Position numbers and translations under genes: made by a program. 64,000 nucleotides of DNA from an uncultured Sphingomonadaceae bacterium (GTDB taxonomy: Bacteria > Pseudomonadota > Alphaproteobacteria > Sphingomonadales > Sphingomonadaceae), in assembly GCA_964247235.1 (NCBI GenBank), contig CAXTTJ010000005.1:9065-73064 (forward strand). Direction: 5' to 3'. Within the stretch, counting starts at the first letter, position 1. Each line of letters opens with the position of its first letter. Under the pieces are notes generated by a model. The model saw only the letters and a list, made by a program, of their open reading frames with translations, made no database searches and had not been told where the DNA came from. Shown piece by piece: positions 1 to 10,054 of this stretch.

Positions 1-40
1 CGCAACGGCGCTTCGTAACGAATCTTTGGGAGTTCAATTG

Positions 41-1327
41 ATGGCTGACTCAACCGCAAGGCTGACGCTGGGCGACAATGACAACAATTATGCCGTGCTG
101 TCGGGAAGCGTCGGACCCGACGTCATCGATATCCGCAGGCTTTATGCACAGACGGGCACTTTCACATATGATCCCGGTTTCACCAGCACAGCAAGCTGCG
201 AATCGGCCATCACTTATATCGATGGCGACGCCGGTATCCTGCTCCACCGCGGCTATCCGATCGATCAGCTGGCAGATCAGTCGAGCTTCATGGAAGTCAG
301 CTACCTGCTCCTGAATGGTGAATTGCCTGATAAAACCGCACTCGACAGCTTTACCACGACGATCACGCGCCACACGATGCTGCACGAGCAGATGGCGACT
401 TTTTATCGCGGATTCCGGCGCGATGCACATCCGATGGCAATCATGTGCGGCGCCGTTGGCGCCCTGAGTGCCTTTTATCATGATTCGACTGATATCACCG
501 ATCCGAAACAACGGCTGATCGCGTCGCACCGCCTGATCGCCAAAATCCCGACAATCGCTGCCATGGCCTATCAATATAGCGTCGGGCGCCCGTTCCTTTA
601 TCCTCAGAACAACCTGTCCTATACCGGTAATTTCCTGAGAATGACTTTTGGGAACCCCGCAGAACCCTATGAAATCAATCCGATTGTCGAACGGGCAATG
701 GACAAGATTTTCATCTTGCACGCCGACCATGAACAAAATGCCTCGACGTCGACCGTGCGGCTTGCCGGATCATCGGGGGCCAACCCGTTTGCCTGCATTG
801 CGGCGGGCATTGCCTGCCTGTGGGGTCCGGCGCACGGCGGCGCCAATGAAGCGGCCCTCAACATGCTGCGTGAAATCGGCACCGTGGACCGGATCCCGGA
901 CTATATCGCGCGCGCCAAGAACAAGGATGACCCGTTCCGCCTGATGGGGTTCGGCCACCGTGTTTACAAAAACTTCGATCCCCGCGCAAAAGTGATGAAG
1001 GCGACGGCCGACGCGGTGTTAAAGGAACTTGGCGTCTCGGACCCCATTTTCGACGTTGCGCGCGAGCTGGAGCAGATCGCGCTCAACGATCCCTATTTCA
1101 TCGACAAAAAGCTTTATCCCAATGTCGATTTCTATTCTGGCGTGATCCTGTCTGCCATCGGGTTTCCGACAACGATGTTCACGGTGCTCTTTGCACTTGC
1201 CCGCACAGTCGGCTGGGTCGCGCAATGGAACGAGATGATCAGCGACCCGGAACAGAAAATCGGCCGCCCCCGTCAGCTTTATACCGGACCGACACAGCGC
1301 GATTACGTGCCCGTGAGCGAACGTTAA
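41..1327 (+). CDS. gltA: Citrate synthase (type II)
   Basis: Motifs [41 protein letters not shown] at 41 preferred over the ORF start at 26. Confidence 0.97.
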   Translation: MADSTARLTLGDNDNNYAVLSGSVGPDVIDIRRLYAQTGTFTYDPGFTSTASCESAITYIDGDAGILLHRGYPIDQLADQSSFMEVSYLLLNGELPDKTALDSFTTTITRHTMLHEQMATFYRGFRRDAHPMAIMCGAVGALSAFYHDSTDITDPKQRLIASHRLIAKIPTIAAMAYQYSVGRPFLYPQNNLSYTGNFLRMTFGNPAEPYEINPIVERAMDKIFILHADHEQNASTSTVRLAGSSGANPFACIAAGIACLWGPAHGGANEAALNMLREIGTVDRIPDYIARAKNKDDPFRLMGFGHRVYKNFDPRAKVMKATADAVLKELGVSDPIFDVARELEQIALNDPYFIDKKLYPNVDFYSGVILSAIGFPTTMFTVLFALARTVGWVAQWNEMISDPEQKIGRPRQLYTGPTQRDYVPVSER

Positions 1328-2652
1328 GCCACCGGCAGCGTCAGCACGAAGCGGGCGCCCTGCCCCGGCGCGCTGTCGACGGCGATGTCGCCCCCCATGG
1401 CGCGCGCCAGCCGCCGGGAAATATACAGGCCAAGGCCGCTTCCGACTGATTCCGCCGGGTCGACTCGCTCGAATTTTTCAAAGATGCGGCGCTGGTCATC
1501 GCGGTCGATTCCCTTGCCCTGATCCGCGACGATCAGCACGGCGGTGTCGGCATCGCGTTCGGTACGCAGCCAGATCATCGACCCTTCGGGCGAATAGCGC
1601 ACGGCATTGCCGATCAGATTGACAACGATTTGCAGGACACGACGGAATTCACCCCGCGCGGCCAGTGTCTCGTCGCTTGCCGGACGGTCGATCTTCACCT
1701 GTTTGTCGGCGGCACGAACTTGCAACAACCCTGCTGCGCGACGGGCGATATCCGCCAGATCGACCGGTTCAGTCTCGATCCGGAATTCGGGCTGTTCGAC
1801 TGTCTGCAGATCACCCAGATCGTCAACCAAGGCAAGCAAATGACGGGCCGCACTCGCAATATCCCCGGCATAATTGGCATAGTCACGACGCAACGGCCCG
1901 TCAGACTGAGCGCGGATCAGATCAGCATTGGCGACAATCCGGCTCAGCGGCGTCCTGAGCGCCTTGTCGAGGCGTGCGCCAAAGGCGGTATCGACCGGAA
2001 AATCAGGCTCATGGTCAATCACGGGCGGTTCCGACCCTGTTGCCTGACCGTCGAACCCGATCAGACGACCGTCCTCTGCAATTAGGGCTGTTGCCGAAAG
2101 CATGATTTCCTCGTCAGGACGATCCCGGTGGATGGCGCGCTGATCGACCACATCAGTCCTGCCAGCAACAGCGCCGATAATCGGCAAATCGCCCTGGTCA
2201 TCTTCGATCAGCCGGACAATCCGGGTGAGCGGCTGACCGATCAGATCCGCGCCGCCATAAGACAGGGCCGTCAGCCGCAAAGCGCCATCGGTCGCCCATG
2301 TCCAGCGTTCGGTTTTACTCTGTGGGGCAGCGGCTTGCTCGTTGGCCAGCGGCATCAGCCATGGCGCGCGCTGGGGACGCACCGTCCACCCCCCAACGGA
2401 CAGGATGACCGCATCACCGTCAGGGCGGGCACGGACCCATACGTCAAGATCATGATCGCCCTCGGCAATGACGACGCTGCGCGACACCAGGATGCCGAGC
2501 GTGCGGGCAAGGCGCGCCATCGACGCCAGCGGCGGCACGGCAAGCCCTTCGCCCAACCCGGCCCCGGCACGTTGCTGCAAACCGAGCAGGCGCGCGTCGG
2601 CACTAAGCAGCCGGCCACTGCCGTCAACGCGTGCGACGCTTGATTCAGCCAT
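1324..2652 (-). CDS. Histidine kinase-like protein (HisKA + HATPase_c) lacking the phospho-His
   Basis: N box [10 protein letters not shown]1 DQGKGI, F box IFEKF and G2 GSGLGL are intact. H box reads DKALRTPL instead of SHELRTPL. Confidence 0.85.
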   Translation of the reverse strand: MAESSVARVDGSGRLLSADARLLGLQQRAGAGLGEGLAVPPLASMARLARTLGILVSRSVVIAEGDHDLDVWVRARPDGDAVILSVGGWTVRPQRAPWLMPLANEQAAAPQSKTERWTWATDGALRLTALSYGGADLIGQPLTRIVRLIEDDQGDLPIIGAVAGRTDVVDQRAIHRDRPDEEIMLSATALIAEDGRLIGFDGQATGSEPPVIDHEPDFPVDTAFGARLDKALRTPLSRIVANADLIRAQSDGPLRRDYANYAGDIASAARHLLALVDDLGDLQTVEQPEFRIETEPVDLADIARRAAGLLQVRAADKQVKIDRPASDETLAARGEFRRVLQIVVNLIGNAVRYSPEGSMIWLRTERDADTAVLIVADQGKGIDRDDQRRIFEKFERVDPAESVGSGLGLYISRRLARAMGGDIAVDSAPGQGARFVLTLPVA

Positions 2653-2709
2653 GAACCAAACCCATGAAGAAAGCGGGATGCACCATGCAGCTGGTGTAGC
2701 GCAGGGCGG

Positions 2710-2725
2710 TTAAGGGCGTGCTAAC
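2710..2725. promoter_or_regulatory. CtrA-like binding site
   Basis: TTAA-GGGCGTG-CTAAC, one mismatch to TTAA-N7-TTAAC, about 60 nt upstream of the kinase start. Confidence 0.45.
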
Positions 2726-3882
2726 CCTGATCCGCCTTTTCGCATGACCCAGCCGAGACTGAACACCGCATGTGCCGCACTCATGATCAGTGCAGCGACT
2801 GGTGAGAACAGAGCAAACCCCGTCAGGCCGATGACCGCATGGCCGCCGGGATCGCTGCGCCATTTTGACAGACTCGCGTCCTCATGCGCCAGCGGCGCAG
2901 CGAGCCATGTCGCACCGATGATGATCATGGAAAGAACGAGACAACCCCATTGTGCCGTGCGCAGCGTCAATGTCGTGCCCATTGCCAGAATCACAATCAT
3001 TGCCGTCGCAGTCCCGACAGGACCGCGAAACTTTTCCCAGCGCAACGTGGCGGCACCTGCCCGGGTGCTCAGACAACTGGCCACATCGCATGTCTGTCCG
3101 AACAGAAAAAGCAGCAACGATGCAACGATCCAGCCTGCCATTGCGCATGCCGCCGCCGCTCCGAAAAGGACAATCCCTGCCAGCGTCACCCACTGTGGCT
3201 CAAGACCGAATTCGCCCGCACTGCGCGCGATCATGCGCGCAACAGGCGCAATCAGCCAGTGCATGGCCCCGCCCGCGTCTGCAACAGGAGTCGTGGCGAT
3301 CAGTCGCCGTCCTGCCGCTCTTGCCGCCGATCCGCTGTCGATCAGCATCAGGTCCGCCCCCGCCTGTTCGGGTATCAGCGTCTCGCGCGCGGCCCCTTCC
3401 TGCACAGCGCGGCGCATCAGCGTTGATGCAAAGTCCCAGTCGCCAACCATCGCGGCCGTGCGGCGCAGCAGGGCACCGTCGATGCGCGCAAAGCCCGTCC
3501 AGCGCGCGGTCGCATCGATCAGTTCAAATCGTTCATTCGCCGGTTCATCCCGCACACAGAGCAGAACCGGCTCGGCGGCGGTTGCGACGGATGTCAGGCG
3601 CGCCGACGACAGGATGAGGTCAGGTGAGAGTATCAACACGGCTTCGTCAGGATGAATCATTTCGGCCGCGTCGTTGACGGTCCGCGCAATATCGATGCTG
3701 AGCCCCTCACTGCGCAACCGCTCCGTCGACGCGAGAAGCGCCGATGTCATCCGGTCGACATGGATGACCACATGGCCAACACCGGCGGCCCTCGCGCGGC
3801 GAAGCTGGAATTCGAGCGGATGTGCCCCGAGCACGCGGGGCGCCGCCATATTTCCGGCAATTAACAGTGCGGCCAACGGCAA
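2710..3882 (-). CDS. Conserved hypothetical protein: degenerate nucleotidyltransferase-like N-terminus plus membrane C-terminus
   Basis: 390-aa ORF. Soluble alpha/beta N-terminal half and several hydrophobic helices in the C-terminal half. Confidence 0.7.
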   Translation of the reverse strand: MPLAALLIAGNMAAPRVLGAHPLEFQLRRARAAGVGHVVIHVDRMTSALLASTERLRSEGLSIDIARTVNDAAEMIHPDEAVLILSPDLILSSARLTSVATAAEPVLLCVRDEPANERFELIDATARWTGFARIDGALLRRTAAMVGDWDFASTLMRRAVQEGAARETLIPEQAGADLMLIDSGSAARAAGRRLIATTPVADAGGAMHWLIAPVARMIARSAGEFGLEPQWVTLAGIVLFGAAAACAMAGWIVASLLLFLFGQTCDVASCLSTRAGAATLRWEKFRGPVGTATAMIVILAMGTTLTLRTAQWGCLVLSMIIIGATWLAAPLAHEDASLSKWRSDPGGHAVIGLTGFALFSPVAALIMSAAHAVFSLGWVMRKGGSGLARP

Positions 3883-3952
3883 ATCTTATCCCCGTGCGGC
3901 CTCACCGCTCACCAAGGCCTGAGCATTAGCGCATCGTCGGGGAAAATGGTAC

Positions 3953-4252
3953 TTAAAGGTCGAGCGCGGCGATGGCGCGTTCGATTTTCCGCAACGCCAC
4001 GGCATCGATACGGTCGGCCTGTGTTGCCTCTGTCGCGACGTCCATCAACCGCAGCGCCCCGAAACTCGCCGCCAGACTGTGGAGACGCGCCGCCGCGCCG
4101 TGCCAGTCGTCAAGCGTCTTTGCGTGAGTTAAGGCCGCTACATGCACGTCGGCACTGGCAAAAAATGCCCCGCGCAATTCTGCAACCAGACCGGGTTCGT
4201 CACCCACTGCTGCGGCAAGGGCTGCTTCCAGCGCTCCAGGATCATAAGCCAT
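3953..4252 (-). CDS. Stand-alone Hpt-fold protein
   Basis: 99-aa all-helical ORF with AARLHSLAASFGA, resembling the Hpt motif AHxLKGSAxxxGA. Confidence 0.7.
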   Translation of the reverse strand: MAYDPGALEAALAAAVGDEPGLVAELRGAFFASADVHVAALTHAKTLDDWHGAAARLHSLAASFGALRLMDVATEATQADRIDAVALRKIERAIAALDL

Positions 4253-4275
4253 GGCCGGTCGTTATCATCGTTCCT

Positions 4276-4290
4276 TTAAGGAGTGGTTTA
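4276..4290. promoter_or_regulatory. CtrA-like binding site in the divergent Hpt/TipN-like intergenic region
   Basis: TTAA-GGAGTGG-TTTA, N7 spacing. Confidence 0.4.
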
Positions 4291-4346
4291 TACGCCGCAT
4301 GCGGGCGCGTTTCGCGATTCAAAAATAATATGGTAAACGCACCATT

Positions 4347-6638
4347 ATGAACGGGGTAACGCAAGTGGTCGGCCTGTGGCCGGATCCGGATCAGGACGCG
4401 CACGACGATGAAACGCTGCTCGACCTGCGTGGTTTTGCCATCGAAGACGAGGCGCCCGCAGCGGAGCCCCCGCGCGACTGGCGCGTCATTGCAACAACCA
4501 TAATCTGCGGGCTTGCAGGCCTGAGCTGGATCCTGTTGCTCGGTAGCATTTATGGTCCACGATGGATGACATCACCACCGACGCCTGAGATGATCATCCT
4601 GAACATCTCGATTGCCTCCGCGCCGATCGCGATGATCTGCCTCATTTATATCATCGCCACGCGGAACAGCCGTTCGATGTCACAGCGGATGACCGAAGCG
4701 TCGATGGCGATGCGCCGGGAACAGTCCCGGCTTGAAGCATCGCTCGCCGATGTCTCTGGTCAGCTTGCGCGCGAACGTCATGAACTGTCCGAAGCAAACG
4801 ACAGACTGATGACGCTTGGCGAAGAGGCCGTTCACCGCATGAAAGTGGCCAGCGTCGCCATGCGCGACGAAATTGAAACGCTGACCCGTTATGGTCAGTC
4901 GCTCAAATTTTCCGCGACATCGGCGCGTGCCGATCTTGCGATTCTGCTGGCGGACCTGCCAAAGGCGCAGCTTGAAACAAGGCATATGGTGTCTGCCCTT
5001 CAGGAAGCGGGCGTGACCGCACATGAACGGGCAGGCGCGCTTGATTCACAGCTCGCCTCGCTTACGGCACGCGGGCGTGAAGCCGATGAGATTGCCGGCG
5101 GTGCGGCCCAGAAACTGGCAGCCCATCTCTCGCGCGTCGAAAGCGTCAGCGAAAATGCCGGCATCCGCCTTGAAGAAGCTGCTGCAACGATGACTGGCGC
5201 CATCGATGCGGCACTCGACCGTGCAGCAACGGCCGGTGACACGGCACGTCAGAATATGGATGCGCAGGGTGCAGCGATGCTTGCACTGGTCGATCAGACA
5301 CAGGCCGCACTGGCCCGTACCGGTGCAGATTCGGCCGACGCGATCGCCATGCGTGTCGATGATGTCACGGAAAAGCTTGAAGCGCTGGGCGCATTGCTTG
5401 CGTCGCAAAGTGAAACGACGTCCAATCTGCTCAATGATGTTCGCGACAATCTGGACGGTGTCGATACGCGCCTCGAAGCGCTCGATGACAAGGGCATACA
5501 GCGTGCAGAGCGACTGACGAGCGCGCTGGCGCTGCTCGATGATCATGCCGCGGCATTGACCGGATCGCTGCAATCGGGGGCAACGAGCGCGGACACACTG
5601 ATTGCGCGGACCGAAACACTGATGACGGCGCTGGACGCATCGGTTCGCGAAATTGACGACACTCTACCAGCCGCATTGAACCGGCTTGAAACCAAAGCCG
5701 ATGCAAGTCGTGCGAAAGTCGCCGAAGCGGGGCCGGTCGTGGCGCAAATCGAACGTGATGCATCCGCGGCGCTCGACCGGTTGATCGAAGCCGAAGCCCT
5801 GATTGCCAAACAGCGCGCATCGCTCGACGCGATGGCGGGTGAGACCGACAGCCGGTTGCTGGCAAGCCGTGATGCCGCTGCACAGCTGGTTTCAGCCGTG
5901 GAAAGCGCCGACGCGACGACCCGCGCACTTGCCGACGGCGCCGGGGCGCAGCTTGTCGAAGCGATGGTCCGTGTTCGCGAAACGGCACATGCTGCTGCCG
6001 AGCGCGCACGCGAAGCCATAAGCGCGGTTATTCCAGAGGCCACGGCGCAATTTTCGGAAAGCGCGCGCGAGGCATTGACCCGGGCGGTCACCAGCCAAGT
6101 TCAGGCACAGATCGCCGACCTTGCGCAGACTGCGGAGCATGCGGTCGAAACCGCGAGCAAGGCGTCCGACAGGCTGATGCGGCAGATGCTGACCATATCC
6201 GAAACCAGTGCGGCCGTCGAAGCGCGCATTGCCGGCGCACGCGAAGAGGTCGAAAAAAGCGACCGCGATAATTTCGCGCGCCGCGTTGCGCTGCTGATTG
6301 AATCACTCAATTCGACCGCGATCGATGTCACCAAGGTTCTGTCCAACGATGTCACGGACAGCGCCTGGGCTTCGTATCTTCGCGGCGATCGCGGTGTCTT
6401 CACCCGCCGTGCCGTCCGGCTCCTCGATTCCGGTGAAGTCAAGGAAATCATACGTAAATATGACGAGGAAAGCGAGTTTCGCGATCAGGTCAACCGCTAT
6501 ATCCATGATTTCGAAGCGATGCTTCGCAACGTGCTTGCAACCCGCGACGGCTCCGCTCTGGGGGTGACTTTGCTCTCATCCGACATGGGCAAGCTCTATG
6601 TCGCACTTGCACAGGCGATTGAACGGCTGCGAAGTTAA
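4347..6638 (+). CDS. Membrane-anchored long coiled-coil protein, TipN/GPR(RgsE)-like polar landmark
   Basis: Two N-terminal TM helices, about 550 aa of Ala-rich heptads, and C-terminal WASYLRGDRGVFTRR...VNRYIHDFE...LLSSDMGKLYVALA recalled as similar to TipN/GPR-family C-termini. Confidence 0.65.
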   Translation: MNGVTQVVGLWPDPDQDAHDDETLLDLRGFAIEDEAPAAEPPRDWRVIATTIICGLAGLSWILLLGSIYGPRWMTSPPTPEMIILNISIASAPIAMICLIYIIATRNSRSMSQRMTEASMAMRREQSRLEASLADVSGQLARERHELSEANDRLMTLGEEAVHRMKVASVAMRDEIETLTRYGQSLKFSATSARADLAILLADLPKAQLETRHMVSALQEAGVTAHERAGALDSQLASLTARGREADEIAGGAAQKLAAHLSRVESVSENAGIRLEEAAATMTGAIDAALDRAATAGDTARQNMDAQGAAMLALVDQTQAALARTGADSADAIAMRVDDVTEKLEALGALLASQSETTSNLLNDVRDNLDGVDTRLEALDDKGIQRAERLTSALALLDDHAAALTGSLQSGATSADTLIARTETLMTALDASVREIDDTLPAALNRLETKADASRAKVAEAGPVVAQIERDASAALDRLIEAEALIAKQRASLDAMAGETDSRLLASRDAAAQLVSAVESADATTRALADGAGAQLVEAMVRVRETAHAAAERAREAISAVIPEATAQFSESAREALTRAVTSQVQAQIADLAQTAEHAVETASKASDRLMRQMLTISETSAAVEARIAGAREEVEKSDRDNFARRVALLIESLNSTAIDVTKVLSNDVTDSAWASYLRGDRGVFTRRAVRLLDSGEVKEIIRKYDEESEFRDQVNRYIHDFEAMLRNVLATRDGSALGVTLLSSDMGKLYVALAQAIERLRS

Positions 6639-6898
6639 AATTTGGTCACGTCGAGCATATCAAGCGTGACCCAGCCACAGACATAATTGGCATAAAACAG
6701 ACTGAAAACAAGCGTTGCGACGATGGTCGTGCGCATCACGATCCTGCCGGGCCGAAAATTTGCAGGCGCGCCGTCCGCCTGCCCCGGCACTATGGCGACA
6801 CCTGCCTCCGCATGCGATCTGATACCGAATGGCAGGACGAGAAATCCGGACATTACCCAGAACAGCACATAAATGGCGAGCGCGGTCTTCCAGTTCAT
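6635..6898 (-). CDS. Small membrane protein, DUF1467-like
   Basis: MNWKTALAIYVLFWVMSGFLVLPFG...VPGQADGAP. ATGA overlap with the rnj stop. Confidence 0.7.
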   Translation of the reverse strand: MNWKTALAIYVLFWVMSGFLVLPFGIRSHAEAGVAIVPGQADGAPANFRPGRIVMRTTIVATLVFSLFYANYVCGWVTLDMLDVTKF

Positions 6899-8532
6899 CC
6901 CTCGACTACCAGCACATCGATGACCGGTTTCTTGCCCGTCCATTCGGTCGCACAGCGCCGCACAGCGAGGCGCACGGCTTCACGTCGCCGTTCGGCATTT
7001 TTTTCAAGGCCCGCTGCGTCCGCCGCTGCGTCACGGACGTCAGCCAGAAACTGGTCACGATCCTCTTCGACGGGGATGCCCTGTATCCGGACGTCGGGCT
7101 GACCGAACAACTTTCCCGTCCGGTCAACGGCGATTGCCACCGATATCACACCATTGACCGAAATCCGCCGCCGCTCGCCGATGGTGGCGCCGTCGGCTGG
7201 CAGGATCACGTCACCGTCGAGCACAAGCCGTCCGGTGCGTTCGCTGCCAATAATGGCCGGACCATCGGGGGCAAGTCGCACAACATCACCGTTCGACTGG
7301 ACCAGCGCACGCGGCACCCCCTCACTCAGGCCAAAGCGCGCCTGTTCGGCCATATGCCGCCGCTCACCATGCACGGGGACCAGCATTTCAGGGCGAATCC
7401 ATTTGTACATGGCCGCAAGTTCGGGCCGCCCGGGATGACCCGATACATGCACATGCGCCTGCTTTTCAGTGATCATGATCACATTCTTGCGGGCAAGGGC
7501 ATTCTGGATGCGACCGATCGCGACTTCGTTGCCGGGAATCTGCTTTGATGAAAATATGACGGTGTCGCCTTCACCCATCTTGATCTGATGCTGATCGAAC
7601 GCAATCCGGGCAAGCGCCGCACGAGACTCGCCCTGCCCGCCTGTTGCGATAATCATGCTCTTGTGCGGCGGCAGTGCCATCGCCCCGTCGAAATCGACCG
7701 TGTCGGGAAAGTCCTTGAGATATCCGTTCGCCCGCGCCGCCGTGATGATCCGGTCGAGCGAACGGCCCGCCACAGCCAGCACCCGGCCATTCGCCTTTGC
7801 CACCTGGCCGAGCGTGGCAAGGCGCGCGGCGTTCGAAGCAAAGCTGGTGACGACCACACGCCCTTTTGCGGCCGCAACCGCGCCCATCAGGCCGTCACGC
7901 ACGCTGCCCTCTGTGCCCGAAGCTTCGGCATTGAACGCGTTGGTCGAATCGCAGACAATCGCAAGCACGCCCGTGTCGCCAATCGCTTTCATTTCAGCAG
8001 GCGTGGCATTCACCCCCATGACCGGGTCATCGTCAAGTTTCCAGTCGCCGGTGTGAAAGACGCGGCCATAAGACGTGTCGATTATCACCGCATCCATGTC
8101 AGGGATCGAATGGGCAAGCCGCACAAGTTGCACACCAAACGGACCAAGATCGATCTTGCGGCCAGGTTTCATCACATGAAGTTTAACCTGACTGGCGATC
8201 CCTTCTTCCTCCAGCTTGCCGCGGATCAGCGTTGCCGTAAAGGGGTTGGCATAAAGCGGTACGCCGAGATCAGCCGCAAGATAAGGCACGGCACCGATAT
8301 GATCTTCATGGCCGTGAGTCAGGACAATGCCGACAAGGTCGTTTTTTCGCGCCTCGATAAATTCAAGATCGGGCAACACCAGGTCAATCCCCGGATAATC
8401 CGCACCGGCAAATGTCAGCCCGAGGTCGACCATCAGCCATTTGCCGTCACAACCATATAGGTTTACATTCATGCCGATTTCATCGGACCCGCCAAGGGCG
8501 AGAAAAAGCAATTCTTTACCAGGTGTTGTCAC
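6895..8532 (-). CDS. rnj: Ribonuclease J
   Basis: LGGSDEIGMN, THGHEDHIG, HTGDWKLD, HVSGH (metallo-beta-lactamase/beta-CASP motifs). Confidence 0.93.
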   Translation of the reverse strand: MTTPGKELLFLALGGSDEIGMNVNLYGCDGKWLMVDLGLTFAGADYPGIDLVLPDLEFIEARKNDLVGIVLTHGHEDHIGAVPYLAADLGVPLYANPFTATLIRGKLEEEGIASQVKLHVMKPGRKIDLGPFGVQLVRLAHSIPDMDAVIIDTSYGRVFHTGDWKLDDDPVMGVNATPAEMKAIGDTGVLAIVCDSTNAFNAEASGTEGSVRDGLMGAVAAAKGRVVVTSFASNAARLATLGQVAKANGRVLAVAGRSLDRIITAARANGYLKDFPDTVDFDGAMALPPHKSMIIATGGQGESRAALARIAFDQHQIKMGEGDTVIFSSKQIPGNEVAIGRIQNALARKNVIMITEKQAHVHVSGHPGRPELAAMYKWIRPEMLVPVHGERRHMAEQARFGLSEGVPRALVQSNGDVVRLAPDGPAIIGSERTGRLVLDGDVILPADGATIGERRRISVNGVISVAIAVDRTGKLFGQPDVRIQGIPVEEDRDQFLADVRDAAADAAGLEKNAERRREAVRLAVRRCATEWTGKKPVIDVLVVEG

Positions 8533-8557
8533 GTAAGTTGGTGTTCCATTCAGTTGT

Positions 8558-9337
8558 TCAGGCCACCGTCAAGCGATGCCACAGGATCGCAAGACCGCGG
8601 ATGGTTAAATCAGGCTCCAGCGCATCGAAGACACTGCTATTCTGTTCGAAAAGAGTTGCAAGACCGCCCGTTGCGACGACTTTCACGGGGCGACCCACTT
8701 CGGCTTTCATCCGCAGGACAAGTCCTTCGATAAGCGCGATATAGCCCCAGTAGATGCCAATGACCATCTGATCCTCCGTCGTCCGCCCGATCACGCTCTT
8801 GCTGGCGGGTGCTTCGATCGCGATACGCGGCAGCTTTGCCGCTGCCGATACCAGGGCATCGAGCGACAGGTTGATCCCCGGGGCAATGATCCCGCCCTTG
8901 TAAGCGCCCGAATAATCGATCACGTCGAACGTTGTCGCGGTGCCGAAATCGATCACGATCAGGTCGCCACCATGAAGCGTGTGCGCGGCAATGGCATTGA
9001 CGACGCGGTCCGCGCCCACAGTCGCCGGCTCGACAACATCGAGATGAATGCCCCACGCCAGCGGTGGGCGCCCCGCAATCAATGGCGTGTGACCAAAATA
9101 TTTTTCGGAAAGGACCGTCAGGTTATGCAGTGCGCGCGGCACCACGGTTGCAATCGCGACCGCCACAATCGCCTTTGGATCATGACCGCCCAGCCCCATC
9201 AACTGGTGCAGCCACACTGCATATTCGTCCGCTGTCCGCCGGGCATCGGTCGCGATCCGCCAGCGCGCGACGACCATGTCTTTGGTCACGAGCGCGAAAA
9301 CGACATTGGTATTCCCGGCATCGATTGCGAGTAACAT
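8558..9337 (-). CDS. coaX: Type III pantothenate kinase
   Basis: [36 protein letters not shown]. Confidence 0.95.
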   Translation of the reverse strand: MLLAIDAGNTNVVFALVTKDMVVARWRIATDARRTADEYAVWLHQLMGLGGHDPKAIVAVAIATVVPRALHNLTVLSEKYFGHTPLIAGRPPLAWGIHLDVVEPATVGADRVVNAIAAHTLHGGDLIVIDFGTATTFDVIDYSGAYKGGIIAPGINLSLDALVSAAAKLPRIAIEAPASKSVIGRTTEDQMVIGIYWGYIALIEGLVLRMKAEVGRPVKVVATGGLATLFEQNSSVFDALEPDLTIRGLAILWHRLTVA

Positions 9338-9346
9338 AGCCAGCTT

Positions 9347-10054
9347 TCAGAGAAGGAAGACGTCGCCTGCATGAATGACACGCACCGCGCCATCCGCCAA
9401 GCGCAACCGCAAGGCGCAGCCTTCGGTCAGGCCATCGAACAGGCCCTCGATCATGTCCCCATCGGGCAGACTGGCGACCAGCGCCGTCCCCGCCGGATGT
9501 GCACGATCAAGCCATGCCCTGCGAATTGCCGCCAGCCCGTCACCCCGCCATCGCATCAGCCAGCGCGCAAACAGATCGGCAACAGCGTCAAGAAACACGC
9601 GCGGTTCGGGCACTGCGGTCCCTAGCATGGCAAGGCTTGTTACCGGCCGGTTCAGCCCTTCGGGTATCATGACAAGGTTCACGCCAATGCCGATCACGAC
9701 CGCGTCACCGACCCGTTCCAGCAGAATTCCCGACATTTTTGCACCGCCGATCAGCAGATCATTCGGCCATTTGAGCTGGCACGGTGCGCCATCTGCCCAG
9801 ATCGTCACGGCGTCATGAACGGCAACTGCCGCGACCAGCGCCAGCGTTGCGGCATCAGGATCGCCCGGGTGCACACGTACAAGGCCGCTTGTGTGAAGAT
9901 TACCGAGCGGAGACTCCCATGTGCGACCCAATCGACCGCGCCCGGCGGTCTGGCGATCGGCCATCAGCCAGTCGCCCTCGGTCGCCCCTGCCGCTGCCAG
10001 ACGCAGCATGTCGGCATTGGTCGATGCGGTTTCAGCGACCCGGGTGATGCTCAG
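9347..10054 (-). CDS. birA: Biotin--[acetyl-CoA-carboxylase] ligase (no HTH domain); start uncertain, probably CTG
   Basis: STN, QTAGRGRLGRTW, KWPNDLL, KMSGIL, GIGVN. Confidence 0.9.
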   Translation of the reverse strand: MSITRVAETASTNADMLRLAAAGATEGDWLMADRQTAGRGRLGRTWESPLGNLHTSGLVRVHPGDPDAATLALVAAVAVHDAVTIWADGAPCQLKWPNDLLIGGAKMSGILLERVGDAVVIGIGVNLVMIPEGLNRPVTSLAMLGTAVPEPRVFLDAVADLFARWLMRWRGDGLAAIRRAWLDRAHPAGTALVASLPDGDMIEGLFDGLTEGCALRLRLADGAVRVIHAGDVFLL

